DNA of 64,000 nt from a candidate division WS6 bacterium OLB20. GTDB lineage: Bacteria > Patescibacteriota > Dojkabacteria > B142 > OLB20. Both the position numbers and the translations under genes were made by a program. This document shows, piece by piece, positions 48,231 through 57,970 of this stretch. Under the pieces are notes generated by a model. The model searched no databases, was not told the DNA's origin, and saw only the letters and a program-made list of their open reading frames with translations. Location of the stretch: contig JYNZ01000003.1 of assembly GCA_001567355.1 (NCBI GenBank), forward strand, positions 179,991 through 243,990. The letters are read 5' to 3'. Positions within the stretch are counted from its first letter, which is position 1, and each line of letters begins with the position of its first letter.

Positions 48231-48743
48231 TTATGGAAGAGCTGGGGGATCACAGCTGGTGTTTGATGTACCACCATCTGCTTTGTCACCGTTCTCAAGG
48301 CGGACAGCCAGTGAGTAACCGTCGCTTCTCGTAGAGAAGCAGAAGGCGCTGGTATTGGTGGATGTCTGACCGACAACAAGGACACTGTTGTTCTGACCGC
48401 CAGTCTGATCCACGCCTGAACCAACTACAGCTGCACCATCAAGCGGAACAGCAACGCACTTGTTCTGTGCGGTACAGTTGGTTGCAGTTACGCTCGCCGG
48501 GTTACGGGCAATGAATACCGTGTCATTGGCAAACCTGAGACGGTCAGGGAATGCTCCCTCCAGGGTCAGGTAATCAGCGATACCTGCGTTGATGTCCTGC
48601 ATTGCTGCTCTGCGAGCAGTATCTCGAGCGTTACGCTGGGCAGCGGCAATACCGAACAGCGACAGACCGATCAGAAGACCGATAATCGCCATGGCGACAA
48701 GCAGCTCCACCAGTGTAAATGCTTTACGTTGTTGCATGAGCAC
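48231..48743 (-). CDS. type IV major pilin (PilA-like), copy 1
   Basis: QQRKAFTLVELLVAMAIIGLLIGLSLFGIAAAQRNARDTARRAAMQDINAGIADYL is near-identical to copy 2 over the first ~60 aa and diverges in the C-terminal globular part. Confidence 0.75.
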   Translation of the reverse strand: MLMQQRKAFTLVELLVAMAIIGLLIGLSLFGIAAAQRNARDTARRAAMQDINAGIADYLTLEGAFPDRLRFANDTVFIARNPASVTATNCTAQNKCVAVPLDGAAVVGSGVDQTGGQNNSVLVVGQTSTNTSAFCFSTRSDGYSLAVRLENGDKADGGTSNTSCDPPALP

Positions 48744-48762
48744 CGTGCATAATAAATAAAAA

Positions 48763-49986
48763 TTAGACGATGTTGGCTACGTTGTAGATGGGCAAATAGA
48801 CTGCTACTGCCAGCAATGCAACGAGACCACCAACTATTAAAAGAATAAGAGGTTCCATAAGCTTTGTCAAATTAGACGTTATCTCCTCGACCTGGTCTTC
48901 GTAAAATCTGGCAAGATCTCCCAGGATCTTTTCAAGTGCTCCTGTTTCTTCTCCGGTGGCAATCATTTTGATCACAATCAATGGCACTACCTTGTTTTTG
49001 GCAAGCGGTCCGGCTATCTGCTGTCCCTTTGCCACCTCCTGAGCGGCATAAAACAGTGCCAGTTTAAAATGAACATTACCCATCGATCTGCCGGTAGCCT
49101 TGAGTGCATCAATAATCGGAATACCGCTTTTGATAAGCATCTGCAGCAGTCGGGTCATCTGCAGTACCTGAGATTTTGCCTGCAGATCACCGAAGACCGG
49201 AAGCCTCAGCAGCAGCTTGTCGACGAATTTTCTTCCGGAATCAGTATTGTAGTAGGTGCGAAAGCCCACAATCGAGGCAACGACGACAAAAATGGTGACC
49301 CCCAGACCCAGCGGGTTTGTAAAGAAGTCGCTGATGGTGACCAGCGCCTGTGTGATGAGCGGCAGTTCAGCTTCTCCATTACTGAGGTCGTTATACAGAT
49401 CCTCAACAGCCGGAATCATAAATACGACAAGCACGATGATCACGATGATGATTGCCAGCAGGATCACAGCAGGGTAGATCATCGCACCTCGAACACGTCC
49501 CCGCAGTTGCGAACTTTTCTGCATGTCCTCTGCAATCTGTGTAATGATCTCTACAAGGTTGCCGGATTTTTCTCCGGCCTCGATCAGACTTAACTGCAGC
49601 TCGTCAAAGATCGCCTTGTGTTTTCCAAACGATGAAGCAAGGGGCAGTCCGCTCTGCACATCTTTGTAAACCTCGGTCAGCTGTTTTTTGAGACCCGAAA
49701 ATTTTGTCTGCTCGACAAGAATCTCGAGTGCCGAGGCAACCGGCAGACCTGCACCAAGCATCGTTGCCAGCTGACGGGTGAAAATAACTTTTTCGGTCAG
49801 AGGAACTCCGCCGATCTGGATGTCACCGAGATTGTCAAAACTGAAACCGATTTTCTGTTCGATCGAGATGACGATCAGCCCCTGCTCATGAAGCATGGAG
49901 ATAATCTCTTCGCGAGTTTCAGCCTGGCGCTCGCCGGCTACCTGTTCACCCGTCGGTTTTGTTGCTCGATAACTGAAGAGCGGCAT
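48763..49986 (-). CDS. pilC: type IV pilus platform protein PilC (GspF family)
   Basis: Duplicated GspF domains, three TM blocks, MPLFSYRATKPTGEQVAGE N-terminus. Confidence 0.75.
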   Translation of the reverse strand: MPLFSYRATKPTGEQVAGERQAETREEIISMLHEQGLIVISIEQKIGFSFDNLGDIQIGGVPLTEKVIFTRQLATMLGAGLPVASALEILVEQTKFSGLKKQLTEVYKDVQSGLPLASSFGKHKAIFDELQLSLIEAGEKSGNLVEIITQIAEDMQKSSQLRGRVRGAMIYPAVILLAIIIVIIVLVVFMIPAVEDLYNDLSNGEAELPLITQALVTISDFFTNPLGLGVTIFVVVASIVGFRTYYNTDSGRKFVDKLLLRLPVFGDLQAKSQVLQMTRLLQMLIKSGIPIIDALKATGRSMGNVHFKLALFYAAQEVAKGQQIAGPLAKNKVVPLIVIKMIATGEETGALEKILGDLARFYEDQVEEITSNLTKLMEPLILLIVGGLVALLAVAVYLPIYNVANIV

Positions 49987-51785
49987 CAGGCAGTATTACT
50001 TTTCATCAGCTGAAGTAATTCATCAGGCTTGGTTGTGTAGGTCTGTGCCTCCTCTATAGTCAGGTCGCCGGAACGCACCAGCTTGATCAGCGATTTTTCG
50101 AGGGGGATCATGCCAAGCTCGGCACTTGTCTGGATCATGTTATCAATCTGGTAGGTCTTTCCTTCCCGGATGGCGTTTTTGATGGCAGCATTGGCGATCA
50201 TTATCTCAAGAACAGCCTTGCGGCCACCACCCTGGATGGGCACAAGCCTCTGAGCGACTACTGCGGCAATCACGTTAGCGAGCTGTGCCCGGATCTGTGC
50301 TTGCTGCTGCTCGGGGAATACGTCTATCATACGGTCGATACTCTGGGCAGCCGAGTTTGTGTGCAGGGTCGAGAATACAAGATGGCCTGTTTCAGCAACG
50401 GTAATGGCTGATGCGATTGTCTCGAAGTCACGCATTTCTCCAACCAGTACTACATCCGGATCCTCACGCAGGGCAGCTCGGAGAGCGCGGGTGAAACTGG
50501 TCACGTCTGTGCCGACCTCACGCTGATCAACAAGGGATTTGGCCCGGGGAAATACGTACTCGATCGGATCTTCAATCGTGATAATGTGCTGTGCCTCAGT
50601 AACATTGATCTCCTGAATGATTGAGGCCAGCGTCGTGCTCTTACCGTGACCGGTCGGACCCGTGACAAGCACAAGCCCGTGCGGAAGTTTTGCGAACTCG
50701 TACATTACCTCTGGCAGTCCAAGCTCGGCAATCGTTCTGATACGTGAAGGGATAAGGCGGAAGGCGCCGGCAAGCTGTCCCTTTTTGTGGAACATATTGA
50801 CCCTGAATCGTGTTCCGCTCTGAATACTGTGCGAGAAGTCGATATCCAGATCGGTTTCCAGTGACTTTTTCTGTTCATCAGAGATGATGGAGTAGAGGAG
50901 TGTCTGCACGCGCTCAAACTGCAGTATCTGACTGCCGATCGGCATCAGTTTGCCGTCTACACGCAGCATCGGCGGGTAGCCTGTGGACATGTGAAGGTCA
51001 GAAGCGCCGCGTTCTTCAGCAAGTGCCAGAAAATCATCCATGCTGGCACGCTGTGCATAATAATCCTCACTTGCATCTTTTGGCTTTAGCCCCACAGTAT
51101 CCGACTGCTGAACCGATTTCTGCTTCTGCTTTGTTTCTGTCAGCTGATCAGCTTTCTGCAGAATCTGTGCCACCTGATCCTCTTTGCCCTGCGCACTGCC
51201 GGACAGCTCAACTTTTTGTGACTGAGTACCGTTATCAGGCAGCGGTGGCAGAGATGTACTGGCTGACTGTGCTGACGGCTGCGGCTGCAATTCCGGCTCG
51301 GGAACCATAGCTGCCGCCGGTGTTGTGACATCAGCAGGCGCTGCTTCATTTACGGCTGCTGCCGGTGCCTGCAGGGGTGCTGCCGGTGCAGAAGCCTGGG
51401 CTGTATTGTCAACTGTCATAACGGATTCTGCCGGTGTCTGCTGCGTCGCAATCTGCATACCGTCATCCGGAACCAAAGCGGCTTCGGGCATCTGCGGAAC
51501 AACAGGCTGTGCAGCCGGTTCAGGCTGTTGTGACTGCTGCGCAAGCTCTGGCTGCGGCATATCTGTGACAGGTTCGGGTGCATTTGCAGGCTGCTGCATC
51601 TGTTGTGGAGGTTGCTGTTCATCTGTCGCTCCCATGGCAAGCGGATCTGATATCGGCTCTGGTGCCTGCTGTGCAGGCGCAGACTGTGTCTGCTGCTGGT
51701 CAACAGCGGGCTGTGCAGTCACAGGCTGCTGAGCGACTGATGGATCAGATGTTTGTGCGGGACTGCTAAGGTCAATAAAGGGCAT
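49986..51785 (-). CDS. pilT: twitching-motility retraction ATPase PilT with a ~240-aa Pro/Gln/Ala-rich N-terminal extension
   Basis: The core from MDDFLALAEERGASDLHM onward shows LVLVTGPTGHGKSTT (Walker A), ITIEDPIEYV, VVLVGEMRD and His-box TLHTNSAA. The 240 residues before it are low-complexity and stop-free. Confidence 0.75.
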   Translation of the reverse strand: MPFIDLSSPAQTSDPSVAQQPVTAQPAVDQQQTQSAPAQQAPEPISDPLAMGATDEQQPPQQMQQPANAPEPVTDMPQPELAQQSQQPEPAAQPVVPQMPEAALVPDDGMQIATQQTPAESVMTVDNTAQASAPAAPLQAPAAAVNEAAPADVTTPAAAMVPEPELQPQPSAQSASTSLPPLPDNGTQSQKVELSGSAQGKEDQVAQILQKADQLTETKQKQKSVQQSDTVGLKPKDASEDYYAQRASMDDFLALAEERGASDLHMSTGYPPMLRVDGKLMPIGSQILQFERVQTLLYSIISDEQKKSLETDLDIDFSHSIQSGTRFRVNMFHKKGQLAGAFRLIPSRIRTIAELGLPEVMYEFAKLPHGLVLVTGPTGHGKSTTLASIIQEINVTEAQHIITIEDPIEYVFPRAKSLVDQREVGTDVTSFTRALRAALREDPDVVLVGEMRDFETIASAITVAETGHLVFSTLHTNSAAQSIDRMIDVFPEQQQAQIRAQLANVIAAVVAQRLVPIQGGGRKAVLEIMIANAAIKNAIREGKTYQIDNMIQTSAELGMIPLEKSLIKLVRSGDLTIEEAQTYTTKPDELLQLMKSNTA

Positions 51786-51820
51786 GGTTGTATCGGACTA
51801 AGCAAAAACTAATTCAACTG

Positions 51821-53650
51821 TTAACTGACAACACGCATAACTTCTTCAAGTGTCGTGATGCCTTCCAGCGATTTAAGGAAACCGTCCTGCATCATCGTGA
51901 TCATTCCCTCCTTGATAGCTTCTTTTTCAATCTCCTGTGCAGAACTTGTCGAAATGGTAAGGTTGCTGAGCGTCTCTGTCATCTTCATTACTTCAAAAAT
52001 ACCGATCCGGCCTTTATACCCCGAATCTCCGCATTGCGGACAGCCTTCACCCTTGTACAGATTTATCTTACCACCATTTTTTTGCAAGAGCGAGTCAAAG
52101 CTGAATCCTGCAATAGGATCAAGAACCTCGCGCAACTTTGCGAGCTGCTCCTCGTTGGCGATATATGATGTTGTACAGTGTTCGCAGATTTTCCGGACAA
52201 GACGCTGTCCGGCAGCAAGTTCAAGTGTTGAGGCCAGCAGAAACGATTCGATACCCATATCCTTAAGACGGGGGATAGCGCCAGCGGCACTGTTGGTGTG
52301 CAAAGTGGCAAGCACGAGATGACCGGTCAGTGAGGCCTGAACGGCAAGCTCTGCTGTTTCCATGTCACGGATTTCTCCGACGAGGATGACATCAGGATCC
52401 TGCCGCAGAAACGCACGCAGCCCCTTGGCAAAGGTAAGACCGACATCAGCGTTTACCTGCACCTGCGTGATGCCGTCAATCCGGATCTCAACCGGATCCT
52501 CAAGTGTCATAATGTTGATTTCGGGTTTATTAATGATCTTGAGAGCAGAGGCGAGCGTCTGGGTTTTACCGGAACCCGTCGGACCGGTTACCAGCAGAAT
52601 TCCCTGCGACTGTCTGATCGCCTCATCAAACATCTGGAAGTTCTTTCCACGCAGTCCTGTCTGGTCAAGTGTAAGCGTTCCGCCTCCTTTTGCCAGCAGA
52701 CGGATCACCACTTTTTCTCCATACACCGAGGGCATGATCGAGACACGCAGATCAATCAGATCGGCGTCCACTTTTATCTGAAAACGTCCGTCCTGCGGAA
52801 CGCGGTGTTCATCAATCTTAAGATTACTCAGAATCTTGATACGCGACACAATAGGTCCGGCAAGCTTGGGCGGTAGTGTGAGTTTTTCCTGCAAAACGCC
52901 ACTGATACGGTAGCGGACAACGACCCTGGTTTCGCGCGGTTCAATGTGTACGTCAGATGCCTTGTACTTGGCGGCATATTCCAGAATCATATTCACAATC
53001 CTGGAAACAGGGGCTGATGTGATACCACCCTGCACATCGGATCCTATCGTACCGGAGACTTCAACGACCTCACCCACATCTTCGAGCGCCTCAGTGACAG
53101 AGGTCCCGATCTGGGCACCATACTTGGTATCAATAATTCCCTTGATAGTTGTCGGGTCACCAAACGCGGGTTCGACCCGCTTGCCGATCATGGTGCTTAA
53201 AAACCGCACCTTCTGCAGATCAAGCGGATCCACCATTGCGACCTTGAGCCCGTTACTGGTTTTTTCGTACGCTACGGCCTGATTGCGCTGGGCGACATCC
53301 TGGGGGATCTCGTTGAGGACCTCGATATCAATCCTCATGGCACTCAGATCGACAAAGGGCATGTTATAGACCTCGGCCTTTGTCTGGTAGATATCTTTTT
53401 CAGAAACATATCCGCCACCGACGACTACCTGTTCTACAGGTTTTCCGGTATTAATCGCCTCAAACTTGACCTTTTTCAGGGTGTCGGCATCAATCTTACC
53501 CTTGTTGAAGAGAATGTCGGCGATGTTCTGTCCGACTGCCGCAGAGGCAGATCCCTGGACGGGAGGTTGCACAGGCTGACCTGGATTATTTACGGGAAGC
53601 CCCGCTTGCGGTAAACTGGAGTCAGTATTCCCGCTGTTTGCGCTTGCCAT
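51821..53650 (-). CDS. pilB: type IV pilus extension ATPase PilB (GspE family)
   Basis: N-terminal GspE_N region. ILLVTGPTGSGKTQTL (Walker A), ILVGEIRD, TLHTNSAAGA, and tetracysteine CEHC...CPQCGDSGY. Confidence 0.8.
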   Translation of the reverse strand: MASANSGNTDSSLPQAGLPVNNPGQPVQPPVQGSASAAVGQNIADILFNKGKIDADTLKKVKFEAINTGKPVEQVVVGGGYVSEKDIYQTKAEVYNMPFVDLSAMRIDIEVLNEIPQDVAQRNQAVAYEKTSNGLKVAMVDPLDLQKVRFLSTMIGKRVEPAFGDPTTIKGIIDTKYGAQIGTSVTEALEDVGEVVEVSGTIGSDVQGGITSAPVSRIVNMILEYAAKYKASDVHIEPRETRVVVRYRISGVLQEKLTLPPKLAGPIVSRIKILSNLKIDEHRVPQDGRFQIKVDADLIDLRVSIMPSVYGEKVVIRLLAKGGGTLTLDQTGLRGKNFQMFDEAIRQSQGILLVTGPTGSGKTQTLASALKIINKPEINIMTLEDPVEIRIDGITQVQVNADVGLTFAKGLRAFLRQDPDVILVGEIRDMETAELAVQASLTGHLVLATLHTNSAAGAIPRLKDMGIESFLLASTLELAAGQRLVRKICEHCTTSYIANEEQLAKLREVLDPIAGFSFDSLLQKNGGKINLYKGEGCPQCGDSGYKGRIGIFEVMKMTETLSNLTISTSSAQEIEKEAIKEGMITMMQDGFLKSLEGITTLEEVMRVVS

Positions 53651-53712
53651 TTGGACAGTTAAGCAGTGTTTGGATTACCCTCATACTATGTAAAAGGATA
53701 TCCATTGTCAAC

Positions 53713-54375
53713 ATGGGCAGATCGTACCTGATACACTCAAATGACCGCGCTTTCGCGCAGAAAGAGCTCGAACGACTCTATACCGAACTGGGTGTAAAAC
53801 CAGGCTCGGACAATGATGTCCTTTCGATCCATCCCGCCGCAGACAAGAAGTCTATCGGCGTCAAAGAGATAGAAGAGCTGATTCACTGGAGTTCGCTCAA
53901 GCCGCACACTGCACCACAGAAACTTGGCGAAATCCATTCAGCAGAGCTGCTGACAACCGAAGCACAGAACAAGCTGCTCAAAACACTCGAAGAGCCAAGT
54001 GAACACACATCTCTTGTGCTGATAAGCGCTCATGCCGGCAGCCTGCTCGAGACAATCAGGTCGCGCTGCATTACATTCGAGTACCTGCGGGCAGTAACAT
54101 CTGGGACAGAAGACTCATTCCTCTCCAGACCGTTCTCTGTCCAGCTCAAGACAATCGACGAGATCGGCGCGATCAGGGATAGAGCAGAGCAGCGTCTGGC
54201 ACTTGAAGAACTTCTTCTCAACCTGTCAAAGGAACAGCGCAGGCTTCTGCACGGACCCGACAGCAAAAAAGCCCTGCGTAACATTGCAACTATTCAGAAA
54301 ACAGCTACAATGCTTACTAGAAACGTCTCACTCAAGCTCGCCTTAGAAAACCTTATTATTCAATTGCAACCATGA
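53713..54375 (+). CDS. DNA polymerase III delta'-like subunit (HolB-like), short form
   Basis: AQNKLLKTLEEPSEHTSLVLIS...LLETIRSRC is the clamp-loader delta'/tau sensor motif. No P-loop. Internal ATG at 53713. Confidence 0.5.
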   Translation: MGRSYLIHSNDRAFAQKELERLYTELGVKPGSDNDVLSIHPAADKKSIGVKEIEELIHWSSLKPHTAPQKLGEIHSAELLTTEAQNKLLKTLEEPSEHTSLVLISAHAGSLLETIRSRCITFEYLRAVTSGTEDSFLSRPFSVQLKTIDEIGAIRDRAEQRLALEELLLNLSKEQRRLLHGPDSKKALRNIATIQKTATMLTRNVSLKLALENLIIQLQP

Positions 54376-54884
54376 TGTCGCAACGAGTATTCATTTTGTA
54401 CACCTGGCTCACAGCCGCTGCCTGGTATGGGTTTATTCTGCTTCTGTCCATGGTCCCCGACCTGGATGTCACCGGCACACAGACTGACTGGCTGGTACGA
54501 AGCCTGGGGTATGCGCTTATGTACGGGCTTCTGTTCCTGCTGTTGTTCAGAGCACTTCTCGGAACAGTCCGCATGAGGATCGAGCGTCTGCGCTACTACA
54601 AGTCACGGCGCGAACGTGCCGAAGATAATGAATTTGCCTATCTTACCGAGTTTCTTCTGTTCATCATTGCTGTTCTGTTCACGCTCTTGCTCTCAGGTCT
54701 GGACGAATACCTGCAGACGGGAGTCAGGGGCAGGGTGGGGGCGGTAATTGATGTTATTGTCAATCTGCTCGGCATCATTGTCACTGCCGTAATCGCCTTT
54801 AAAGTCCCGGTTGTTACCGAGCTTGAAGAACTTTTGTTTAAGAACGAAACAGAAGCCAGACGAACACGATCAAAGAAGTCCTGA
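54372..54884 (+). CDS. hypothetical polytopic membrane protein (VanZ-like?)
   Basis: Four predicted TM helices. ATGA overlap with the upstream gene. Confidence 0.4.
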   Translation: MMSQRVFILYTWLTAAAWYGFILLLSMVPDLDVTGTQTDWLVRSLGYALMYGLLFLLLFRALLGTVRMRIERLRYYKSRRERAEDNEFAYLTEFLLFIIAVLFTLLLSGLDEYLQTGVRGRVGAVIDVIVNLLGIIVTAVIAFKVPVVTELEELLFKNETEARRTRSKKS

Positions 54885-54958
54885 AGCCCCCGCTTTTGTT
54901 TGACCGTGTTTTTTTATGCTAGAATTGAATGCATTTTCCATATCATAGCTGAATCCAT

Positions 54959-56896
54959 ATGAGTAAAGGTAATTACGACGCCTCTTCGATTACGGTACTT
55001 GAAGGTCTTGAAGCAGTCCGAAAACGCCCGGCGATGTACATCGGTGATTCTGATATTACCGGTCTGCACCATCTGATCTACGAAGTAGTGGACAACGGCA
55101 TTGATGAGGCCCTCGCAGGCTATGCTTCCGAGGTCAGCATCACGCTTAACGATGACGGCTCTGTCAGTATCGAAGACAACGGACGCGGTATTCCTGTAGA
55201 TATTCATCCCACCAAAAAGGTCAGCGCACTCGAGATTGCTGCAACAATTCTGCATGCCGGAGGCAAGTTCGGCGGTGACGGCTACAAGGTATCGTCCGGT
55301 CTGCACGGAGTGGGTCTGTCAGTTGTTAATGCACTGTCAGAATGGATGCGCGCCGAAGTCTTCCGGGACGGCAAACACTGGATACAGGAATACGACCGCG
55401 GTGTTCCGCGCTCGAAGGTAAAAGATATCGGCGAAACAGAAAAGCGGGGTACAAGGATCACCTTCAAACCGGACCCTGAGATATTTTCAACCACACACTA
55501 TATTCTCAAGCGTTTGCATACCCGCTTCCGCCAGCAGACCTATCTCACTGCAGGACTGCGGATCAACGTGAACGACCTGCGAAAAGAGGATGAGCGCGGT
55601 GACAGCAAAACGCTGTCGCGACACTATACGTTCTACTTTGCCGGAGGTGTGCGTTCGTATGTAAAACAGCTGAACACCTCGTTCAAGCCCGTAAATAAAC
55701 GGGTATTCTACGTCAAAAAAGAGGAGGACGGTGCCGAAGTCGAGGTTGCGTTTCAATATACAAACGATATTCAGGAACGTACACAGGCATTTGCCAATAA
55801 CGTTCACAACCCTGAAGGAGGTACACATCTCACAGGATTTCGTATGGCCCTGACTAAAAGTCTTAATGATTATCTGACCAAAGAGGGTGGTGAAAAAGAA
55901 AAAGAGATCAAACTGACCGGAGACGATACCAAGGAAGGTCTGACAGCTATCGTATCCATCAAGGTGACCGAGGCACAGTTTGAAGGACAGACAAAGATCA
56001 AGCTGAATAACCCCGAAGCAACACAGATCGTCAGAAAAGTCGTCTCCGAGGCGCTTGACGAGTTTCTAGAAGAAAATCCGCGCGAAGCCAAAGCTATCAT
56101 GAGCAGGGTAGTAATTGCCCACAAGGCGCGCAAGGCTGCCAAAGCTGCTCGTGAGGCGGTTGTGCGCAAGGGCGCGCTCGAAGGCGGTACACTGCCTGGA
56201 AAACTGGCAGACTGTTCTTCCCGCAAGCCCGAAAACTCAGAGCTGTTTATTGTTGAGGGAGACTCCGCCGGCGGTTCGGCCAAACAGGCACGCGACCGCG
56301 GGACACAGGCGATTTTTCCGCTGCGCGGAAAACCGCTCAACTCTGAAAAATACCGCCTCGACAAAGTTGTCGAGAACAAGGAGCTGAAGGAACTGGTAAT
56401 TGCGCTTGGTACCGGAATAGGCGAGACGCTGGACCTGGATAAGCTGCGCTATCACAAGATCATCCTGATGAACGATGCGGATGTGGATGGAGAGCATATC
56501 ACAACCCTTGTCCTGACCCTGTTTTTCAGATATCTCAAACCAATTATCGATCAGGGCTATCTGTATGTTGCCCAGCCACCGCTCTACAAGGTAGAGGTCA
56601 GCAAAACCGAGTCGTACTGGGTCGGTTCTGACGAAGAAAAGGAACAGCTGCTTGCCAGGCTTAAAAGCGAAGGCAAGGAGACAAAAAACATTCAGCGCTT
56701 CAAAGGTCTTGGAGAAATGAATCCTGAACAGCTCTGGGAGACAACGATGGACCCCGAGAGCCGCGTTCTCAAAAAGATAAGTATCGAGGATATCGAGGAG
56801 GCAGAAAAGACATTTGAGATGCTGATGGGCAGCGAAGTTGCCCCCCGCAAAAAGTTTATTCAGACACACAGCCAGGAGGCTGAACTGGACATCTAA
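54959..56896 (+). CDS. gyrB: DNA gyrase subunit B
   Basis: LEGLEAVRKRPAMYIGD..GLHHLIYEVVDNGIDEALAGY (GHKL ATPase). TOPRIM EGDSAGGSAKQARDR. PLRGKPLN. Confidence 0.9.
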   Translation: MSKGNYDASSITVLEGLEAVRKRPAMYIGDSDITGLHHLIYEVVDNGIDEALAGYASEVSITLNDDGSVSIEDNGRGIPVDIHPTKKVSALEIAATILHAGGKFGGDGYKVSSGLHGVGLSVVNALSEWMRAEVFRDGKHWIQEYDRGVPRSKVKDIGETEKRGTRITFKPDPEIFSTTHYILKRLHTRFRQQTYLTAGLRINVNDLRKEDERGDSKTLSRHYTFYFAGGVRSYVKQLNTSFKPVNKRVFYVKKEEDGAEVEVAFQYTNDIQERTQAFANNVHNPEGGTHLTGFRMALTKSLNDYLTKEGGEKEKEIKLTGDDTKEGLTAIVSIKVTEAQFEGQTKIKLNNPEATQIVRKVVSEALDEFLEENPREAKAIMSRVVIAHKARKAAKAAREAVVRKGALEGGTLPGKLADCSSRKPENSELFIVEGDSAGGSAKQARDRGTQAIFPLRGKPLNSEKYRLDKVVENKELKELVIALGTGIGETLDLDKLRYHKIILMNDADVDGEHITTLVLTLFFRYLKPIIDQGYLYVAQPPLYKVEVSKTESYWVGSDEEKEQLLARLKSEGKETKNIQRFKGLGEMNPEQLWETTMDPESRVLKKISIEDIEEAEKTFEMLMGSEVAPRKKFIQTHSQEAELDI

Positions 56897-56921
56897 ATTT
56901 ACGTTTATTATCGCGCTCACC

Positions 56922-57791
56922 ATGGCAGACGAAGCACAAAAAGTTAAAAAGATAGAGAAATCAGAGTTTGTCGATGAAACACAAAAAGGGTCAAAAGGTA
57001 TCAGCTATAACACGATCGGCACCACACTCCAGGCACTGAGTGTCCAGCTTGACGAAGGAGAGACTATTCAGTCAGAGGCGGGCAAGATGTCATGGATGAC
57101 AAGCAACGTAAAAATGAAGACGCGCGGCCAGGGACTCGGCAAAATAGTATCACGCGTAATCGGCGGAGAATCATTCTTCATTAATGAGTTTACCAGTGAG
57201 TCAGGTACCGGTATCGTTACATTTTCAACAGATCAGGCAGGCAAGATCATTCCTGTTGAACTTAACTCTGACAAGCCTGGTGTCGTGTTTCAGCGTGGTT
57301 CGTACCTGTGCTCTGAGCCCGGAATTGAGCGCAGCACAGTACTGATCAAACGCATAACTGCCGGATTTTTCGGTGGAAAGGGTTTTATCCTGCAGAAAGT
57401 TACCGGTCAGGGACGCGCCCATCTGATCGCTGACGGCGAAGTAGTCATGTACGAACTTTCGGATGGAGAGCAGATGCTTGTTGACCAGGGCAACCTGGTG
57501 GCTTTTGATGATTCAGTTGATTACGACATTCAGACCGTTAAAGGCGGCATGATGAATATGTTCTTCGGTGGAGAAGGCATCTTTCTGGGATCACTTAAGG
57601 GCCCCGGACGTGTCTGGATGCAGACACGTAAACTGTCGGTCAACGCTGCTGCAGCTGCATCAGCTCAATATTCACAGTCAGGTGGCGGTTTTGCAAACAA
57701 CCCGCTTGGATGTCTCATCGGCGGAGTGTTCTCGCTGCTGATTTTTGCCTGTTTCTTTATTCTTGCCCTTGCCGGAGCGTTTGCCTCCTGA
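56922..57791 (+). CDS. AIM24/TIGR00266-family protein with C-terminal membrane anchor
   Basis: Internal ATG at 56922 (MADEAQKV...). GESFFINEFT...GFFGGKGFILQKVTGQGRAHL...MMNMFFGGEGIFLGSLKGPGRVWMQT is the AIM24 double-psi fold signature. Confidence 0.5.
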   Translation: MADEAQKVKKIEKSEFVDETQKGSKGISYNTIGTTLQALSVQLDEGETIQSEAGKMSWMTSNVKMKTRGQGLGKIVSRVIGGESFFINEFTSESGTGIVTFSTDQAGKIIPVELNSDKPGVVFQRGSYLCSEPGIERSTVLIKRITAGFFGGKGFILQKVTGQGRAHLIADGEVVMYELSDGEQMLVDQGNLVAFDDSVDYDIQTVKGGMMNMFFGGEGIFLGSLKGPGRVWMQTRKLSVNAAAAASAQYSQSGGGFANNPLGCLIGGVFSLLIFACFFILALAGAFAS

Positions 57792-57803
57792 GCAGAACTA
57801 ACT

Positions 57804-57970
57804 ATGGAATTTGATGCACTGGTTGCGCTGTGTATTTGCGGAGGCGGAGTCATTCTTGCTATCGTCTCTGTACCGTTTATTATCATAGTGGCAGTGCTGA
57901 AAAGTGACACCGACAAAAACGTCGACACTAAGAAACCATTTACATTAGACAGACAGAAGGAGATTACATA
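57804..57970 (+). CDS. possible 55-aa small membrane protein
   Basis: [35 protein letters not shown]... has one TM helix. Not in the track (<60 aa). Confidence 0.25.

Noticed and set aside
51325-51732. Cys/Gly-rich plus-strand ORFs (51325..51732, 50900..51310, 51578..51769) and the minus-strand ORF 51416..51703
   Set aside because: All lie inside the pilT N-terminal extension in other frames or antisense. Their odd composition is the by-product of the GC-rich, repetitive CAG/CCG codons of the Q/P/A-rich region.
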